A DNA stretch of 64,000 nucleotides, taken from positions 22,919,480-22,983,479 of the forward strand of contig NC_080408.1 in NCBI RefSeq assembly GCF_030265065.1, in the 5' to 3' direction. The translations under genes were made by a program, and so were the position numbers. This DNA is from Corythoichthys intestinalis (lineage: Eukaryota). How positions within the stretch are numbered: position 1 is the first letter of the stretch; each line of letters begins with the position of its first letter. The notes beneath the pieces were generated by a model. That model was given only the letters and a program-made list of their open reading frames with translations, ran no database searches and was not told where the DNA came from. Positions 1 to 11,684 of the stretch are shown one piece after another.

Positions 1-373
1 GTTTACATTCAGTAGGGTTCTGTAAAAGATACCATAAATGTTGTTGGATACCATTAACTTTAGACTTTGATTGGTAAATGTTTGTAGGTCCCAAAAGGTA
101 AAAAAGTCCAGCCCGACGCTCTCCCCGCTTCGTCTCCCTCATGCACACTGGACAGCGGCCAAAAAATTTCTTTTAAGCTGCTCGTTCTGAGTTCGTTCGT
201 TTAATCCAACAAAAAAGTAATCCACAGCTTGACATCCAAATTCAAACAAAAGAGCAACTGAGATCGATAGAGAGAAATAGAGAGATATTAATCCAGAGAG
301 GGAGAGGTCGGAAAACTGTCTGGCTCTCTCTGGCTTATGCGTAGCGCGACTGCCCACATACAGCCACTTCCGC

Positions 374-397
374 TATATATATCGTACGTCGTGACGT
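374..397 (+). promoter_or_regulatory. TATA-like (ctatatatat) followed by a CRE-like tgacgtca, ~350 bp upstream of the APOL-like exon; possible promoter
   Basis: Motifs seen directly. No phase-compatible first exon could be built between here and 748, so linkage to the gene is unproven. Confidence 0.2.
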
Positions 398-747
398 CAC
401 AAACTAGTTCCACGAAATCAAATAAACAACTCACAACATGTTTTATAGAACCAAAATAAATTATTCACAACTAACATTAATAAATAACCAAACCGTTATT
501 TAGGCTCCTACAATGTTATTGTTCAACGTTGGTCAATCAGTGGGGGAACTCCATCGGTGCATTTGTGAGAAAATGTTACTGAAGGTAACACTAAACTTTC
601 ATTAGCAGCATCAGTACATTGTCAGTCAATTAGTTACTTAGTGGGCAAGTTAATTAGTTTGACTACGCTAAACTAGGTTTGGTTGGATTAATTTATTGTT
701 CCAGTTACCTTTGCCAGTAAAAAGCAACTACTGTTTCTTTTGGTCAG

Positions 748-1708
748 GGCGTTTGCGGTGACTGCAGAAAAAGTCCAAAAGGGTATCCGGGTGTTCAACA
801 AGTTGTTCTCGGAACGCGCAGAGAGCATGTGGCAGCACGTCATCGACCTGAACGGCATTGCCGACGGCCTAGACAAGTTCAACAAGAAGACAAAGATCGC
901 CCAAATCACTGGCGGCTCCACCAGCGCCATCGGCGGCGTAGCCACCATCGCCGGGCTGGCCCTGGCGCCTGTCACCCTTGGGACCTCTCTAATCGTGACG
1001 GCCGTCGGGCTGGGCGTGGCCACGGCTGGCGGCCTCACCTCGGCCGGCGCCGGAATCTCCAACCAGGTCAACAACACCTTGGATCGCAAGAAGGTGGAAA
1101 AAATCGTAGAGGACTACCAGGAAAAGATGGCGGACCTCAACAAGTGCCTCAAATTCATCAAGCAGGGAATCGAGAACCTGCGGCGCTTCGACCTCATCAA
1201 GATGAAGAACAACGCGTACAACCGAGACTTCCCCGTGCTTAGCTCCAGCTTCTACGAGGACGGCGCCATGGCCGGCAAGGCCATCCTCATCAATGCTAAC
1301 GAGATCATGCGCGTGGTGCAGATCGCCAACGTGGCGGGCAGCACGGCGGCACGTGCCGTGCAGATCGCCAGCATGGCCACTGGTGTCCTCACGGGACTCT
1401 TCGTGGGCATGGACATCTACTTCGTGGCCAAGGACTCCAAAGAGCTTAAGAAGGGCGCGAAGTCGGAGTTTGCCGCCAAGATCCGCGAGGTGGCTACTCA
1501 GCTTCACGACGGCCTGGTGGAGCTCAACACTATACGTGAGGAATTGCAGGGCACCACCAAACAAGAAGAAGACGACCAAAATGGTGGCGACGTCTCAGAT
1601 GAGAAGAAGGAAAAGAAGGGTTACGAGTACGACAGCTCCGAAGAAGATGAGATCGACCGCATCAAGAAAGCCATCAAGAAAGACCTAGACAACAGACAAT
1701 ACGTGTGA
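748..1708 (+). CDS. Apolipoprotein L (APOL)-like protein, main or terminal coding exon (stop at 1706-1708)
   Basis: ORF 740-1708. Acceptor ttttggtcag|G at 746-747. Translation matches APOL family core: ...IADGLDKFNKKTKIAQITGGSTSAIGGVATIAGLALAPVTLGTSLIVTAVGLGVATAGGL..., amphipathic helices, ...GLFVGMDIYFVAKDSKELKKGAKSEFAAKIRE..LHDGLVELN. Exon enters in phase 2, so an upstream coding exon is expected. Confidence 0.8.
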
Positions 1709-2364
1709 CAGACGAGCTCGTCTTGGATTTGTTTCTGATCCAGTTGAGGGATCTATAATGTGTTGCCACTTGTTTAGATCGAAGATAAGTAGGAAACAAA
1801 AAGATCTTCCAAATGCTGTTGTGTTGTTGTGCAATATCACAATTTATTGTTTCATAACCAGAACAAAAATTTAGCTTACATACCAGCTGGGGTCTTGAAT
1901 TTTCAGAAAGATTAGCCCTTCCACTGTTTTAAGGTGACGTAAGAGTGAGGGAAAGCAGGTTTCAGGAATGCTCATGCTAATCACAAGTTTCTGTTTGGAA
2001 CCTAATGCCTCACTTTTTTTCCTCAGAGGTCAGAATATTGTACTAATCACATTTCTCCTTTACAAGTAATGTTTTAGTAATTCTTTTAGACTACTGTCTT
2101 AATTATATTTTGTGCCAAAACTCACAGGACATTGTGTAATGTAGAAACGTTTCATGTTTTTGGAACAATATTTTTCATATTTGTGCACTAGATTGACTCT
2201 AGCAGCATTACTTAGCTTTTTGCTGGATGAATCATCTCTACTTTTTTTTTTTTTTAAATGAACTTGGTATTTATTGTGAATTGTATTATATTGTGGGGGT
2301 AGTTTTTATGTGCAATACAAACAATGTGTAATCATACAAACATGACGGTACACTGTGCAATAGC

Positions 2365-2370
2365 AATAAA
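2365..2370 (+). promoter_or_regulatory. AATAAA polyadenylation signal, candidate 3' end of APOL-like gene 1
   Basis: aataaa about 660 nt downstream of the stop, in AT-rich 3' UTR-like sequence. Confidence 0.35.
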
Positions 2371-3364
2371 GATTCTAATGGTGATAATGCCCTGATTATT
2401 ATTTGTTGTGTCTGTGTTTGGCAGACAGCACTCATATGTTTTTCTGTTTAACAACAATACATTGGATTTTTTTCCTATTTTTGGGCCCTCTTCCCTCAGA
2501 TTTAAGGTGGAAACTGATGTGTCAACCCTGTCAAGAGGTCAAAACGCAGGTGTGTTAGGCCCCTCCCTTTTCACCTTTTCTTCCTCCCTAGGCTCCTCCT
2601 CCTCAGGTGAGTCACACAAAAGAAAACAAAGGGTTTCGGCGACATCATCGAAAGGTAAGATGCTCGAATTTGTCATCTGAGGCCTGATGATGATGATTAC
2701 TGGGTGTGTTCTGTGTAGGCTTTCTTCAAGTACTCCAGTTTCCTCAAAGATCTAAAAAACATCCATGTCACCTTCATTGTCATGACTGTATTCGCACAAT
2801 GACCCACAGTGAGAATGCTTGTCAAAATGTGCTCTGTGTTGGCTGGTATTGAGGTCAATGTGTATGTTCAGCTTGAATGAGGATAAACATTTTAGAAAAT
2901 GGATTACTGTAGTGTTTGCTCATTACATTACTATTGGTACACTAGATCATATCAAGCAAGAGATCTCAATGCAATAGAAGATCTCTGGGGATTGCCAGAA
3001 GACCCGACAAGCAGCAACATGCTCAACATTAGAGTATGCAAAGTATTATATTTAGAAACTCGGTCTACATATTAGCAGCATGACGACACATTGCCTAGGA
3101 CAAGACAATGGATAAATTGTGCCAATAATTACAACAGATAGATGGAAAAGATTTTGGGGGGGATGAATTTAAAAGTAAATATAGTCAAAATACATAGAAT
3201 TAATGCAAATAATTAAAAAAATTTTTTCGAGTGAAATGTGATTTTAGATTTTTTTAAAATTTCTATTATAATACATTTTGTTATTTTAGAATTTTTTACC
3301 CTTTAGTTTTTCACAATTATATGATACACAGTAAAAGCGGTGTATATACATAAACACTGTATGA

Positions 3365-3414
<50 letters not shown>

Positions 3415-3532
3415 AAGTTCTGTCAAGCGTTTAGAATTTTTAATTGCATGTATATATATTTTTTTTAATTAAAAAAAAATGAATTCCTTGATTTTTGTCC
3501 TATTATTTTAGCACATTTTAATACCTGTATAT

Positions 3533-3880
3533 ATGTGGCGGAAAACACAGACAAGACCTAAAAGCAGTTTAGGCTCTTGCATTCCTCTTTAAAATAAACT
3601 GCTGTATTTTAAGCCAAAAGAACTGCTGTGTTTGAAAGAACAATATGTCTATATGCTGCCATAGCAGATTCACGGCACATTAAGCCCCCGAACTATTTTT
3701 AATTTGTCCGTTTTACCCTGGAAACCCCCGTCGCGCAACCACTTTTATTTCAACCCAGCCATAAAAAGAAGGGAAGTAATTATATTTATTATTCAACATG
3801 TCTGTCATTTTTAGCTTAGAATCATTAATTGATGTGTAATATTTCGTTTAAAACAAAAACAAAAACGACTTAAAAAAAAT
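3533..3880 (-). mobile_element. Partial copy (one end) of ~1-kb element with CATATGGCGGAAAACAC-type TIR
   Basis: atatgtggcggaaaacacagacaagac... is the reverse complement of the right end of the copies at 8286-9274 and 41317-42292. Confidence 0.5.
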
Positions 3881-4372
3881 ATTCACTTGCATAATGCCTG
3901 CAATATGAAGCAATTGTCAGAGAATCACAAAATTTGAAAAATAAGGTCTTACCGTAACCTTTTTTTCAAATTTGTAAAAAAGAAAAAAAATAATATGTGT
4001 AATAAGCGCTCTAATATCTATAACCCTTGCTAAATCATTTTTTTCCCCTCATGGAACCTGCAGATGCATAAGTTGACTTGCATCCATTATTATTATTATT
4101 ATTTTTTTTTTTTGAGGAAAGATATTTCAAAATTCTGAATTAGTCTCAAAATCATGAAATTCTAAATGTATCAAAAGTGATACATTTGGCAAGAAGGAGT
4201 TAAACCATGTTTCACCTATAAAATCCACAATACATCCGGCTGTGGCTAGAGATGGGCGATACCAGTGATTTTGGATTCGATCCGATACCAAGTAATACCA
4301 AGGCCAAATATTGTGATCCCAATCCGATATCGATACCGGAAGTTCATATTCTATATATATATATGTGTATAT

Positions 4373-5030
4373 TAGGGCTGTAAAAATTGTCTCGTTAACG
4401 GGCGGTAATTATTTTTTTAAATTAATCACGTTAAAATATTTGACGCAATTAACGCACATGTCCCGCTCAGACAGATTTAAATGACAGTAGAGGGAAATGC
4501 CCACTTGTTCATTGTGTTTTATGTAGTTTTGCCACCCTCTGCTGGCGCTTGGGTGCGACTGATTTTATAAGCTTCAGTACCCATGAGCATTGTGTAAGTA
4601 ATTATTGACATCAACAATGGCGGGCTACTAGTTTATTTTTTTGATTGAAAATTTTACAAATTTTATCAAAACGAAAACATTAAGAGGGGTTTTAATATAA
4701 AATTTCTATAACTTGTACTAACATTTATCTTTTAAGAACTACAAGTCTTTCTATCCATGGATTGCTTTAACAAAATGTTAATGATGTTAATGCCATCTTG
4801 TTGATTTATTGTTATAATAAACAAATACAGTCCTTATGTACCGTATGTTGAATGTATATATCCATCTTGTGTCTTATCTTTCCATTCCAACAATTTATTT
4901 TACAGAATATATATACAATTTACAGAAAAATATGGCATATTTTATAGATGGTTTGAATTGCGATTAATTACGATTAATTAATTTTTAAGCTGTAATTAAC
5001 TTGATTAAAAAAATTAATCGTTTGACAGCC

Positions 5031-5033
<3 letters not shown>
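4373..5033 (-). mobile_element. hAT-type MITE family 1 (TIR TAGGGCTGTCAAA / TTTGACAGCCCTA)
   Basis: Terminal tagggctg...cagcccta. Same family as 17304-18141, 28048-28855 and 58071-58678, which have perfect 8-bp TSDs. Right end abuts a (TA)n tract. Confidence 0.65.

Positions 5034-5100
<67 letters not shown>
5034..5100. repeat. (TA)n microsatellite
   Basis: Uninterrupted tatata run. Confidence 0.95.
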
Positions 5101-5101
<1 letters not shown>

Positions 5102-5559
5102 CAACCCTGCAGTGTTTTCGGCCATCCTGATAATATCTAATGTACAACTACATCAAGCACTGAAAAACTATTAAGTCTTTTTGTGTCAAATATGCTTTGC
5201 AATGGAAAACTGCTGCTTTTAATAACGAGCAAAGCAGTTTCCCTCAAACTCACAAACCAATCCATCAACAACAAACTCTGACTAGTCAGTCTCACTCTTT
5301 AACCATGACCCTTAAATTCATATGCACAGAACATTTCCCTGATACACGTTGTATTTGATCAAATTTTAATCTACCTAAATTAAATATTTTTGATCTAATT
5401 AAAGAACGAATTAATAGTAGCATGTTACCGCCCTCAAATGGTAGATCACTAAAAACAAATCCATTAATCAATAGTCACTTGCCGTTTTTGAATTTTATTT
5501 TACTAACACAATTTTCAAACAGATTTTAAATGCCCTCCTGTTAAAAATTTTTCTCCCCC

Positions 5560-5692
5560 CAGAAAATTGAGATTTTAAGCTTTCCAATGATGTATCACAC
5601 GCGCATATCGGACAATTTTGAAATTTGTCCAAATTTGTAGTCTCAGAGCAGAACTTCAAGTCACCTGAGTGTTTTCTGCCATATATATTCTT
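5560..5692 (-). mobile_element. Fragment (left end) of the CATATGGCGGAAAACAC-TIR element family
   Basis: ...cacctgagtgttttctgccatatat matches the terminus of the 8286 and 41317 copies. Confidence 0.45.
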
Positions 5693-5939
5693 TTTAATCA
5701 AACATTTGAATTGGCACACTTTTCTTAATTTGAAATTTAAATGACTTGATTTTGATTTACTTGCAAGTAATTGCTTTTCTAAGCATTTAATTACAAAACG
5801 GCCTCGTTGGACCCCAAAAGTGTTATTATTCTTACTAGCAACACAAAAATGATTTAGTAATGACTCAAGGTGAAACGACTCTGCTGGCGTTTTGACCGAT
5901 AGGGAAATTTGTGAGGGGGAAATTCTGTTGTCGTGTAGC

Positions 5940-6116
5940 GACCTCATGATTTGTGAGGATTCTTGCATTTCGGAGCTTCTTTGGGAGCCTTGAACGCCTC
6001 CGCGGCTGCAGATGCGTCGCGGGGTGTGGTGAAAACTTGGGGAAAACTTCACCACAGGCGCTCATAATCTTTGTGCGCTCGTGTTTGGATCCCAGTGACG
6101 GAAGAGTAACAGCCAG
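5940..6116 (+). other. Candidate non-coding first exon (5' UTR) of the large repeat-module gene
   Basis: CpG-rich stretch ending in cagccag|gtgagc donor at 6116/6117. Next acceptor with start codon is at 6918/6919. TSS position unknown. Confidence 0.25.
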
Positions 6117-6918
6117 GTGAGCCGCGAATAACAATTAATTACCATTTAAGGTGGATTTAAAGTGTTCGGAAAAGGTTGTATTTGAGCGGCTGCTGTCCTT
6201 CTGATGCGTTTAAATCCACCGCTTTTCTCCGGACTCTGCAGTATAAGGACTGAAGCGTTCTTTTGAAAGTACGAATGGCATTTTTTGTTGTTGTTGTTAT
6301 TTTGTCCACCCGCGTCCCACAGGAAGCACGTGATAATTGAGGAAATGTGTGTTTTCACTATCAACTAGCCAGGAAATGTGTCTTCACAATTTAGTTGTCA
6401 TTAAGATGCAACTTCCGGGTGCCAAAATTATCCAGAAATTAGGTTTAGAACTGCAACGAGTGTGAAGACCTCTCACTCTGTTTATCATTCCCATTATTTT
6501 AAATAAGACTTTAAAAAAATGTTATTTTGTTTTCCTGAAATCCAGAAGAGTACAATGATACCTCGATATACAAGTTGTACAAGATATGATTCAAAGCTGT
6601 GTTGTCATTTCTTGTTGAAAATGACTAAGAATAAAACTAGCAGTGTTACTGTGCAAATTTTAATCATTAAAACATGTAACCTTTTTTGTCTTCATGTTTT
6701 TTAAACTGAATAACAGTTAAAATGTATGTAGGAACAGTTTGTCATTTCGTTTCCATGGGGAAATTAAGCTTGATTAAACTAATCAAGGCATTAGTGCCTT
6801 GATAGTGCCTGATTTGAATGATTAAAATGTGCTCATTAAGTCTAACTTACACCTTTTTGCATACATGGAAGTGGACTGGCGATGGCATTTCTGAATGCAA
6901 CCTTTTGTCTTTTTTTAG

Positions 6919-6975
6919 GGAAGCGGGATGGAGTCGTGCATGACAAAGCCTGAAGCCAAGAAGAAAACCAGACCT
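6919..6975 (+). CDS. Repeat-module gene exon 2 (start codon at 6928): MESCMTKPEAKKKTRP
   Basis: ttttttag|GG acceptor, ATG at 6928, cct|gtgag donor, phase 0. Confidence 0.45.
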
Positions 6976-7063
6976 GTGAGATGAGATGACACTGTAACAG
7001 ATAGGGAAATAACTATTATATTCCTCTCAATTATATTAGTAATTTTCTGTGTTGTTATTTCAG

Positions 7064-7090
7064 ACCAAACTGCCTCCGTGGCCTCCTGAG
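7064..7090 (+). CDS. Repeat-module gene exon 3: TKLPPWPPE
   Basis: tatttcag| acceptor, gag|gtacct donor, 27 nt, phase 0. Confidence 0.4.
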
Positions 7091-7158
7091 GTACCTAATC
7101 TGCCTGGCAACTGAGTGTCCAGTAATGTTGTTTTGTAATATGACAATTTTGCTTGCAG

Positions 7159-7227
7159 CCACAAAAAAACAATGCAGAATCATCAGACAAGCCTGTCCCC
7201 ATTCTGCCTCCACGACCACAGGACAAT
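7159..7227 (+). CDS. Repeat-module gene exon 4: PQKNNAESSDKPVPILPPRPQDN
   Basis: gcttgcag| acceptor, aat|gtacgt donor, 69 nt, phase 0. Confidence 0.45.
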
Positions 7228-7682
7228 GTACGTGCAAAGGAATATTTTTCTAACAAAAAAAAAGTTAAAATAGCGTGTAGAGGCCTTTGTTTTTTTTTTA
7301 AATGTCATACTAAAATTGTTTTAAGATGGATTTTACACGCAGTTAGGGCTGCAGCTATCAATTATTATTTAAGTAATCGATTAAGCTATCCATTAGTTAC
7401 TTCCTAATAATCAAGTAATTGGATTAGGAACATTTAATGCATTGCAGAATCAATTTCAGGAGATGTAAAACAAAGTGTTGCAGTTTCAAAAGGGCATTAC
7501 CATAAACGCAAATACAAAATAATATTCCTGAGTGTTTTTTCGAACTATGCAGAATGGTGCAAGCAACACGTCACTTTTGCCCGTTAAGATTTATGACGTT
7601 AGCAATTGTTGCTAGGCGTTTGTCCCTAACAGTAAATGAATGGAAATAGTGTACGAATGAGATGTTTACTGAGTTTAACCTA

Positions 7683-7842
7683 CCAACTTTGTCCGAAAAT
7701 GATGTCCCCGGTGCCAAATTCAATGGTAAAGATGTGGAAGAACATACAAATGTTCAGTTAAAGAGATGGCTTGAGTGTCGAGGGCTGAAAAAGACGGGGA
7801 AAAAAGCCGACCTGATCCAGAGTTAGCTTTTTTATCAACACC
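7683..7842 (+). other. Intronic ORF with SAP-like motif (…VQLKRWLECRGLKKTGKKADLIQR|gt), probably transposon-derived
   Basis: ATG-initiated frame MFTEFNLPTLSENDVPGAKFNGKDVEEHTNVQLKRWLECRGLKKTGKKADLIQR ending at a gt donor. The L-x2-L-x3-GL-x3-G-x-K-x2-L pattern resembles a SAP DNA-binding motif. Confidence 0.25.
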
Positions 7843-8285
7843 TTTTTCTTGTGTGCCTTGCCTTACGCCACTGACAATGACATTCTCATGTTTCAACAAT
7901 CTATCCTTTACCACCATATGCCCTGCTTTTCTCATATAGTATATCCTTTGGTTGTCTTACTCCTCAGAGCGTTCTGGGGGGCAATTTACATAGCAATTTT
8001 TGTGTAGCGATCGCAAATGCTACTCAGTGACAGCCAACGAACACTTTAAATTTTTTCATGAGTAACAAATATTAATTCTACAATTTCTTTACACTTCCCC
8101 CTTACTAAAGTTGTTCAGAAAAGGTAAAAGTGGCAGTCAGATACCATTTTAATTTCTTTCAGGTCAATCATTGTCAGACAGAAGCAGCGCAGCAAAACGC
8201 TACGCTAAAAAAATAAGTAAAAATATCAAAATGGCTTACCTCTTCGTCCTCGGTAGGACCATGGCTCCCAACAAAATGTTTACTG

Positions 8286-9274
8286 CATATGGCGGAAAAC
8301 ACTCAGGTGGCTTGACGTTCCGCTCTGAGACCCCCAATTTGGCCTAATTTCAAAATTGTCCGATATGCATTTGTGATACATCATTGGAAAGCTTAAAATC
8401 TCAATTTTATGGGGAAAGAAAAATTTTGAACAGGAGGGCTTTTTTTTTTTAAAAATGTTTTTTAAACAGCAAAACCCTACTTGGAGGTGTGAGCACAGAG
8501 AGCAGAATTATAGACGCCATGACTTTAACAAGATATTATCACGTACTCACCTTGTTTTGATCCAAAAACTCCATGTAACATATATAGCTGAGTGTCAAGA
8601 CACAGCTGTGAATGGCCACAGCTGGATTTTGGGGGGATTTTATGGGTGAAAAATGGTAATATAACAAGGTTCGCGATGCAGAAATAGCAGACATCAAGGA
8701 GTGGAGATGTTCTTTTTCATATATTTACCTTTTAAGCGTTTTTTTTTTTTTTCTCAATTTTTCTTCGCTTGGATCGATTATTTATCATCTAAAATATGGG
8801 AGAAAATTAGACACTAACAAAAAAATACAATTAAGCGATAGTTATGAGGTAGATATCAGTGACTTTTTTACAGACGCTATTTTTTTCATTGTGACCTCAT
8901 TTGTTTAAAATATGTGAGTGAATAATCTTTTAAAGTCGTTTTTTTTTTTTCAATACGAAATATCAGTCATCAATTAATGATTGTAAGCTAAAAATGACAG
9001 ACATCTTGAATAATAAATATAATACCTTCATTTTATGGCTGGGTTGAAATAAAAGTGGTTGTGCGACGTCTGTAAACGGGGGTTTCCAGGGTAAAACGGA
9101 CAAATTAAAAATAGTTTTGGGGCTTAATGCATCATGAATCTGCTATGGCAGCATATAGACATTGTTCTATCAAACACAACAGTTGTTTTGGCTTAAAATA
9201 GAGCAGTTTCTTTTCAAGAGGAGTGCAAGAGCAGAAACTGCTTTTTCAGTCTTGTCTGTGTTTTCCACCATATG
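8286..9274 (+). mobile_element. Non-autonomous ~1-kb element with 17-bp TIR CATATGGCGGAAAACAC, copy A
   Basis: catatggcggaaaacac...gtgttttccaccatatg termini. 85-90% identical full-length copy at 41317-42292. Confidence 0.6.
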
Positions 9275-9559
9275 AAATGTGAATGGCTTCACTTTGCTGC
9301 CGTTAAACTGGTCTTTTGGACATCTGGGCAAGTTGATCCATTCATCCATCACATTTTTTCCTCAGAGTTTTTGGTTTCGGGAAACGTATGAACAAAACAT
9401 CCTTCCTATGTCATAATGTCTGGAGTCGTTTCCACAAGTTCCATGGCAGCAGTGTTTGATCGGCTTGTTCTTTTTTGAAACATTACCAAAGAAAAAATAG
9501 CAGAAATAACATGGATTGTATGTGAGGGCGTGTCCATAATGTCCCACTTCCGCATTACG

Positions 9560-10100
9560 ATGGCGACGTCACGGTCTAAAAATAGCATTCAAACTGTACG
9601 CTATTGCACTTTCATTTTACAAGAGCAATAAATACATTTAACAACAAATTAAAAATACCTGAGCTTAAAAAAATAATAAATGGAGATTGAAGTACAACAA
9701 AAGAACAATTGGCTTACTTAACACTTGCTTAAATGCTATAAAATGCAAACTTTTATTTTAAATGCTCTTAACAAATCATCCAAACTCATATTCCCACAAA
9801 AAAACTGCTAAATATACCTCTAAACTAAATTACGAATGCATAAACAATCATATTAGCTCAAACAAAAAACGTATACCCTTATGTTGGTCTTAACAGGGAG
9901 CAGCTGTATCCATCCATGTTAGATGTTATGTCATATTCACTGTTGCCACTAGAGGGTAGTGTTTCCGCCCAAATCAATGCAACGCCGCTCTAATTAAACG
10001 ATTCCTCGACACAGCAATATTTGATTCAAAGCTTTTTTTCTAATCGAATTACTCGAGTTAATCGATTAATCGTTGCAGCACTAAACGCAATGTTAGTGTC
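9560..10100 (+). mobile_element. Unclassified interspersed repeat (family X). Related copies at 7320-7600 and 13376-13844 + 14565-14645.
   Basis: Shared blocks, e.g. ...aaatgcataaacaaNcatattagctNcaacaaaaa...cttatgttggt and aatacctgagcttaNNNNaaa. Confidence 0.35.
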
Positions 10101-10259
10101 AAACTCAGAGTTAACTCTGACGTTAATAGCGTTTGCTTTCCGTACCTTTTTTTTCACGTAAGCTCTCATTAACTAATTGACTGTAACATGGTAATTGCCT
10201 GTCATCCCTGCATTTTGACAATTGATTGTCATATTTAAAGCACTGTCTTGTTCTTGCAG

Positions 10260-10310
10260 GAACCGAGCCAAACCCAATATCGTCTAAAAAGATCAGTGTT
10301 TGATAGCGAG
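10260..10310 (+). CDS. Repeat-module gene exon 5: EPSQTQYRLKRSVFDSE
   Basis: ttcttgcag| acceptor, gag|gtgaaa donor, 51 nt, phase 0. Confidence 0.4.
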
Positions 10311-10397
10311 GTGAAAACAATCAGTTATTATTATTTCCTCTGAAAATTCATTCAAACTATTGTCATTGTTATTAAAAAATGTACATTTATTTTTCAG

Positions 10398-10478
10398 GCC
10401 AAACAAAATGTGACGCAAAGCAAGACGAAGGAGAAAAATGCAGAACCTCCAGTGCCAGCACCTCGACGAGCTGAACAG
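10398..10478 (+). CDS. Repeat-module gene exon 6: AKQNVTQSKTKEKNAEPPVPAPRRAEQ
   Basis: tttttcag| acceptor, cag|gttcgg donor, 81 nt, phase 0. Confidence 0.45.
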
Positions 10479-10557
10479 GTTCGGTACTGGTACTTCCCGG
10501 TGACTTGGCTGCACAAAATCATGTTTGAGTTCATTTTTTTTCTCTTTCTAATGACAG

Positions 10558-10608
10558 GAGAAGAACCAGCCAACGAGACATAACCGGCACGAAGGCGAAG
10601 GCAAGAAG
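10558..10608 (+). CDS. Repeat-module gene exon 7: EKNQPTRHNRHEGEGKK
   Basis: atgacag| acceptor, aag|gtacgc donor, 51 nt, phase 0. Confidence 0.45.
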
Positions 10609-10669
10609 GTACGCCAGCTTGTGATGCCGTTCTTATTGTTGCTGTGCTAAACATGTGGTCATCTTCAAG

Positions 10670-10717
10670 ATTTCCGCGGGAAGCGTCCCATCGGAAGTGG
10701 CTACTGACATCAAGCAG
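10670..10717 (+). CDS. Repeat-module gene exon 8: ISAGSVPSEVATDIKQ
   Basis: catcttcaag| acceptor (weaker), cag|gtttgt donor, 48 nt, phase 0. Confidence 0.3.
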
Positions 10718-10800
10718 GTTTGTTACTGGAGTCTTGGGTTCACATTTTTCTCATTTACTTATTTTTTTTGTAAAACACCATTCATACCCCTCGCGTGCAG

Positions 10801-10866
10801 ATGCGCCCGCCCGTTGTGATGACCAAGTCACAAAAAAGCCAGAAAAACAAACGGCCGTCATTCATC
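10801..10866 (+). CDS. Repeat-module gene exon 9: MRPPVVMTKSQKSQKNKRPSFI
   Basis: cgcgtgcag| acceptor, atc|gtaagc donor, 66 nt, phase 0. Confidence 0.4.
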
Positions 10867-11260
10867 GTAAGCAACAGGGTTGCTAATGCTAACAATGCTA
10901 ATCAAACCTTATTTGATTTTTTTTTTCATTTTAAATACACAAGATGGCCGCTGTAGTTCAGGTTATTGTCCAAACAATTTCATAACTTAACTCATTGACA
11001 ACCAATGAGAAAAACATTATTTTTCGACTACACTTGACTAGTCAAACCAAATACGAGCGGCGGCCATGTTGTACAATGGATACAGATGACTTATGTCACA
11101 AGCTGAGCCAAAAGGGATTGTTCAATTGGAATCTGTGGCTAAACGGGTTTTCTGGGAGCGTGTGGGCGTGGTCCAATGTGCAACACACACTTGCAAACAA
11201 ACAAAAAAATGTCCAAACCAGTTTTTTGACTATGACTCACACTAATTGTGTTTGCTTCAG

Positions 11261-11329
11261 AGTCATGTGACTAACATCGAGGCCGGAGGTGACGACGCTG
11301 CAGACAAACGGGCCATCGCTAGCAAACCT
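11261..11329 (+). CDS. Repeat-module gene exon 10: SHVTNIEAGGDDAADKRAIASKP
   Basis: tttgcttcag| acceptor, cct|gtacgt donor, 69 nt, phase 0. Confidence 0.45.
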
Positions 11330-11406
11330 GTACGTACCTGTCTAATATTTTGCGTGTATTATTGCAAGTGCATGGGATGTGACAGTGTGTAACTTGTTCT
11401 TGACAG

Positions 11407-11451
11407 AGGGCCCTGAAGGGCGTTATGAAGCACCTCAAGCCAACACCTAAG
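11407..11451 (+). CDS. Repeat-module gene exon 11 (divergent basic module): RALKGVMKHLKPTPK
   Basis: cttgacag| acceptor, aag|gtatgg donor, 45 nt, phase 0. Confidence 0.45.
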
Positions 11452-11519
11452 GTATGGACCACTGGTGTTGTTGATGTTGTCATCACGTGCGCAGACGTTA
11501 AAGTTTGACTTCCTCCAAG

Positions 11520-11636
11520 GGCGGCGGCGGGGGAGGAGAGGCACTCCCGGATCCCGACAAGGACGAGGGCGCTTCGGAAAAGGAACGAACCGCCGGCGAC
11601 AAAAGCAAACGAGATAAAAGTGGAGAACCCAAACAA
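11520..11636 (+). CDS. Repeat-module gene exon 12: GGGGGGEALPDPDKDEGASEKERTAGDKSKRDKSGEPKQ
   Basis: cttcctccaag| acceptor, caa|gtaaac donor, 117 nt, phase 0. Confidence 0.45.
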
Positions 11637-11684
11637 GTAAACCAACATCAAATGCATTTGTTCTTTTGATTTATTCATGTATAT

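Noticed and set aside
829-1579. Alternative-frame and opposite-strand ORFs over APOL-like exon 1 (829-1242 +, 1293-1688 +, 989-1579 -, 688-1089 -)
   Set aside because: GC-rich coding sequence keeps shadow frames open. Their products (Arg/Pro/His-rich) have no protein-like composition, while the frame at 748-1708 carries the recognisable APOL core.
2408-2680. ORF 2408-2680 (+) with GC-box-like ggcccctccc and a terminal AAG|gtaag donor
   Set aside because: It could be a non-coding first exon of something downstream. No downstream partner exon could be chained and the peptide is low-complexity Ser-rich. Left uncalled.
5495-6364. Minus-strand ORFs 5495-6055, 5865-6134, 6146-6364 around the candidate first exon
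   Set aside because: No motif or splice support. They overlap a CpG-rich + strand promoter or 5' UTR candidate and a TE fragment.
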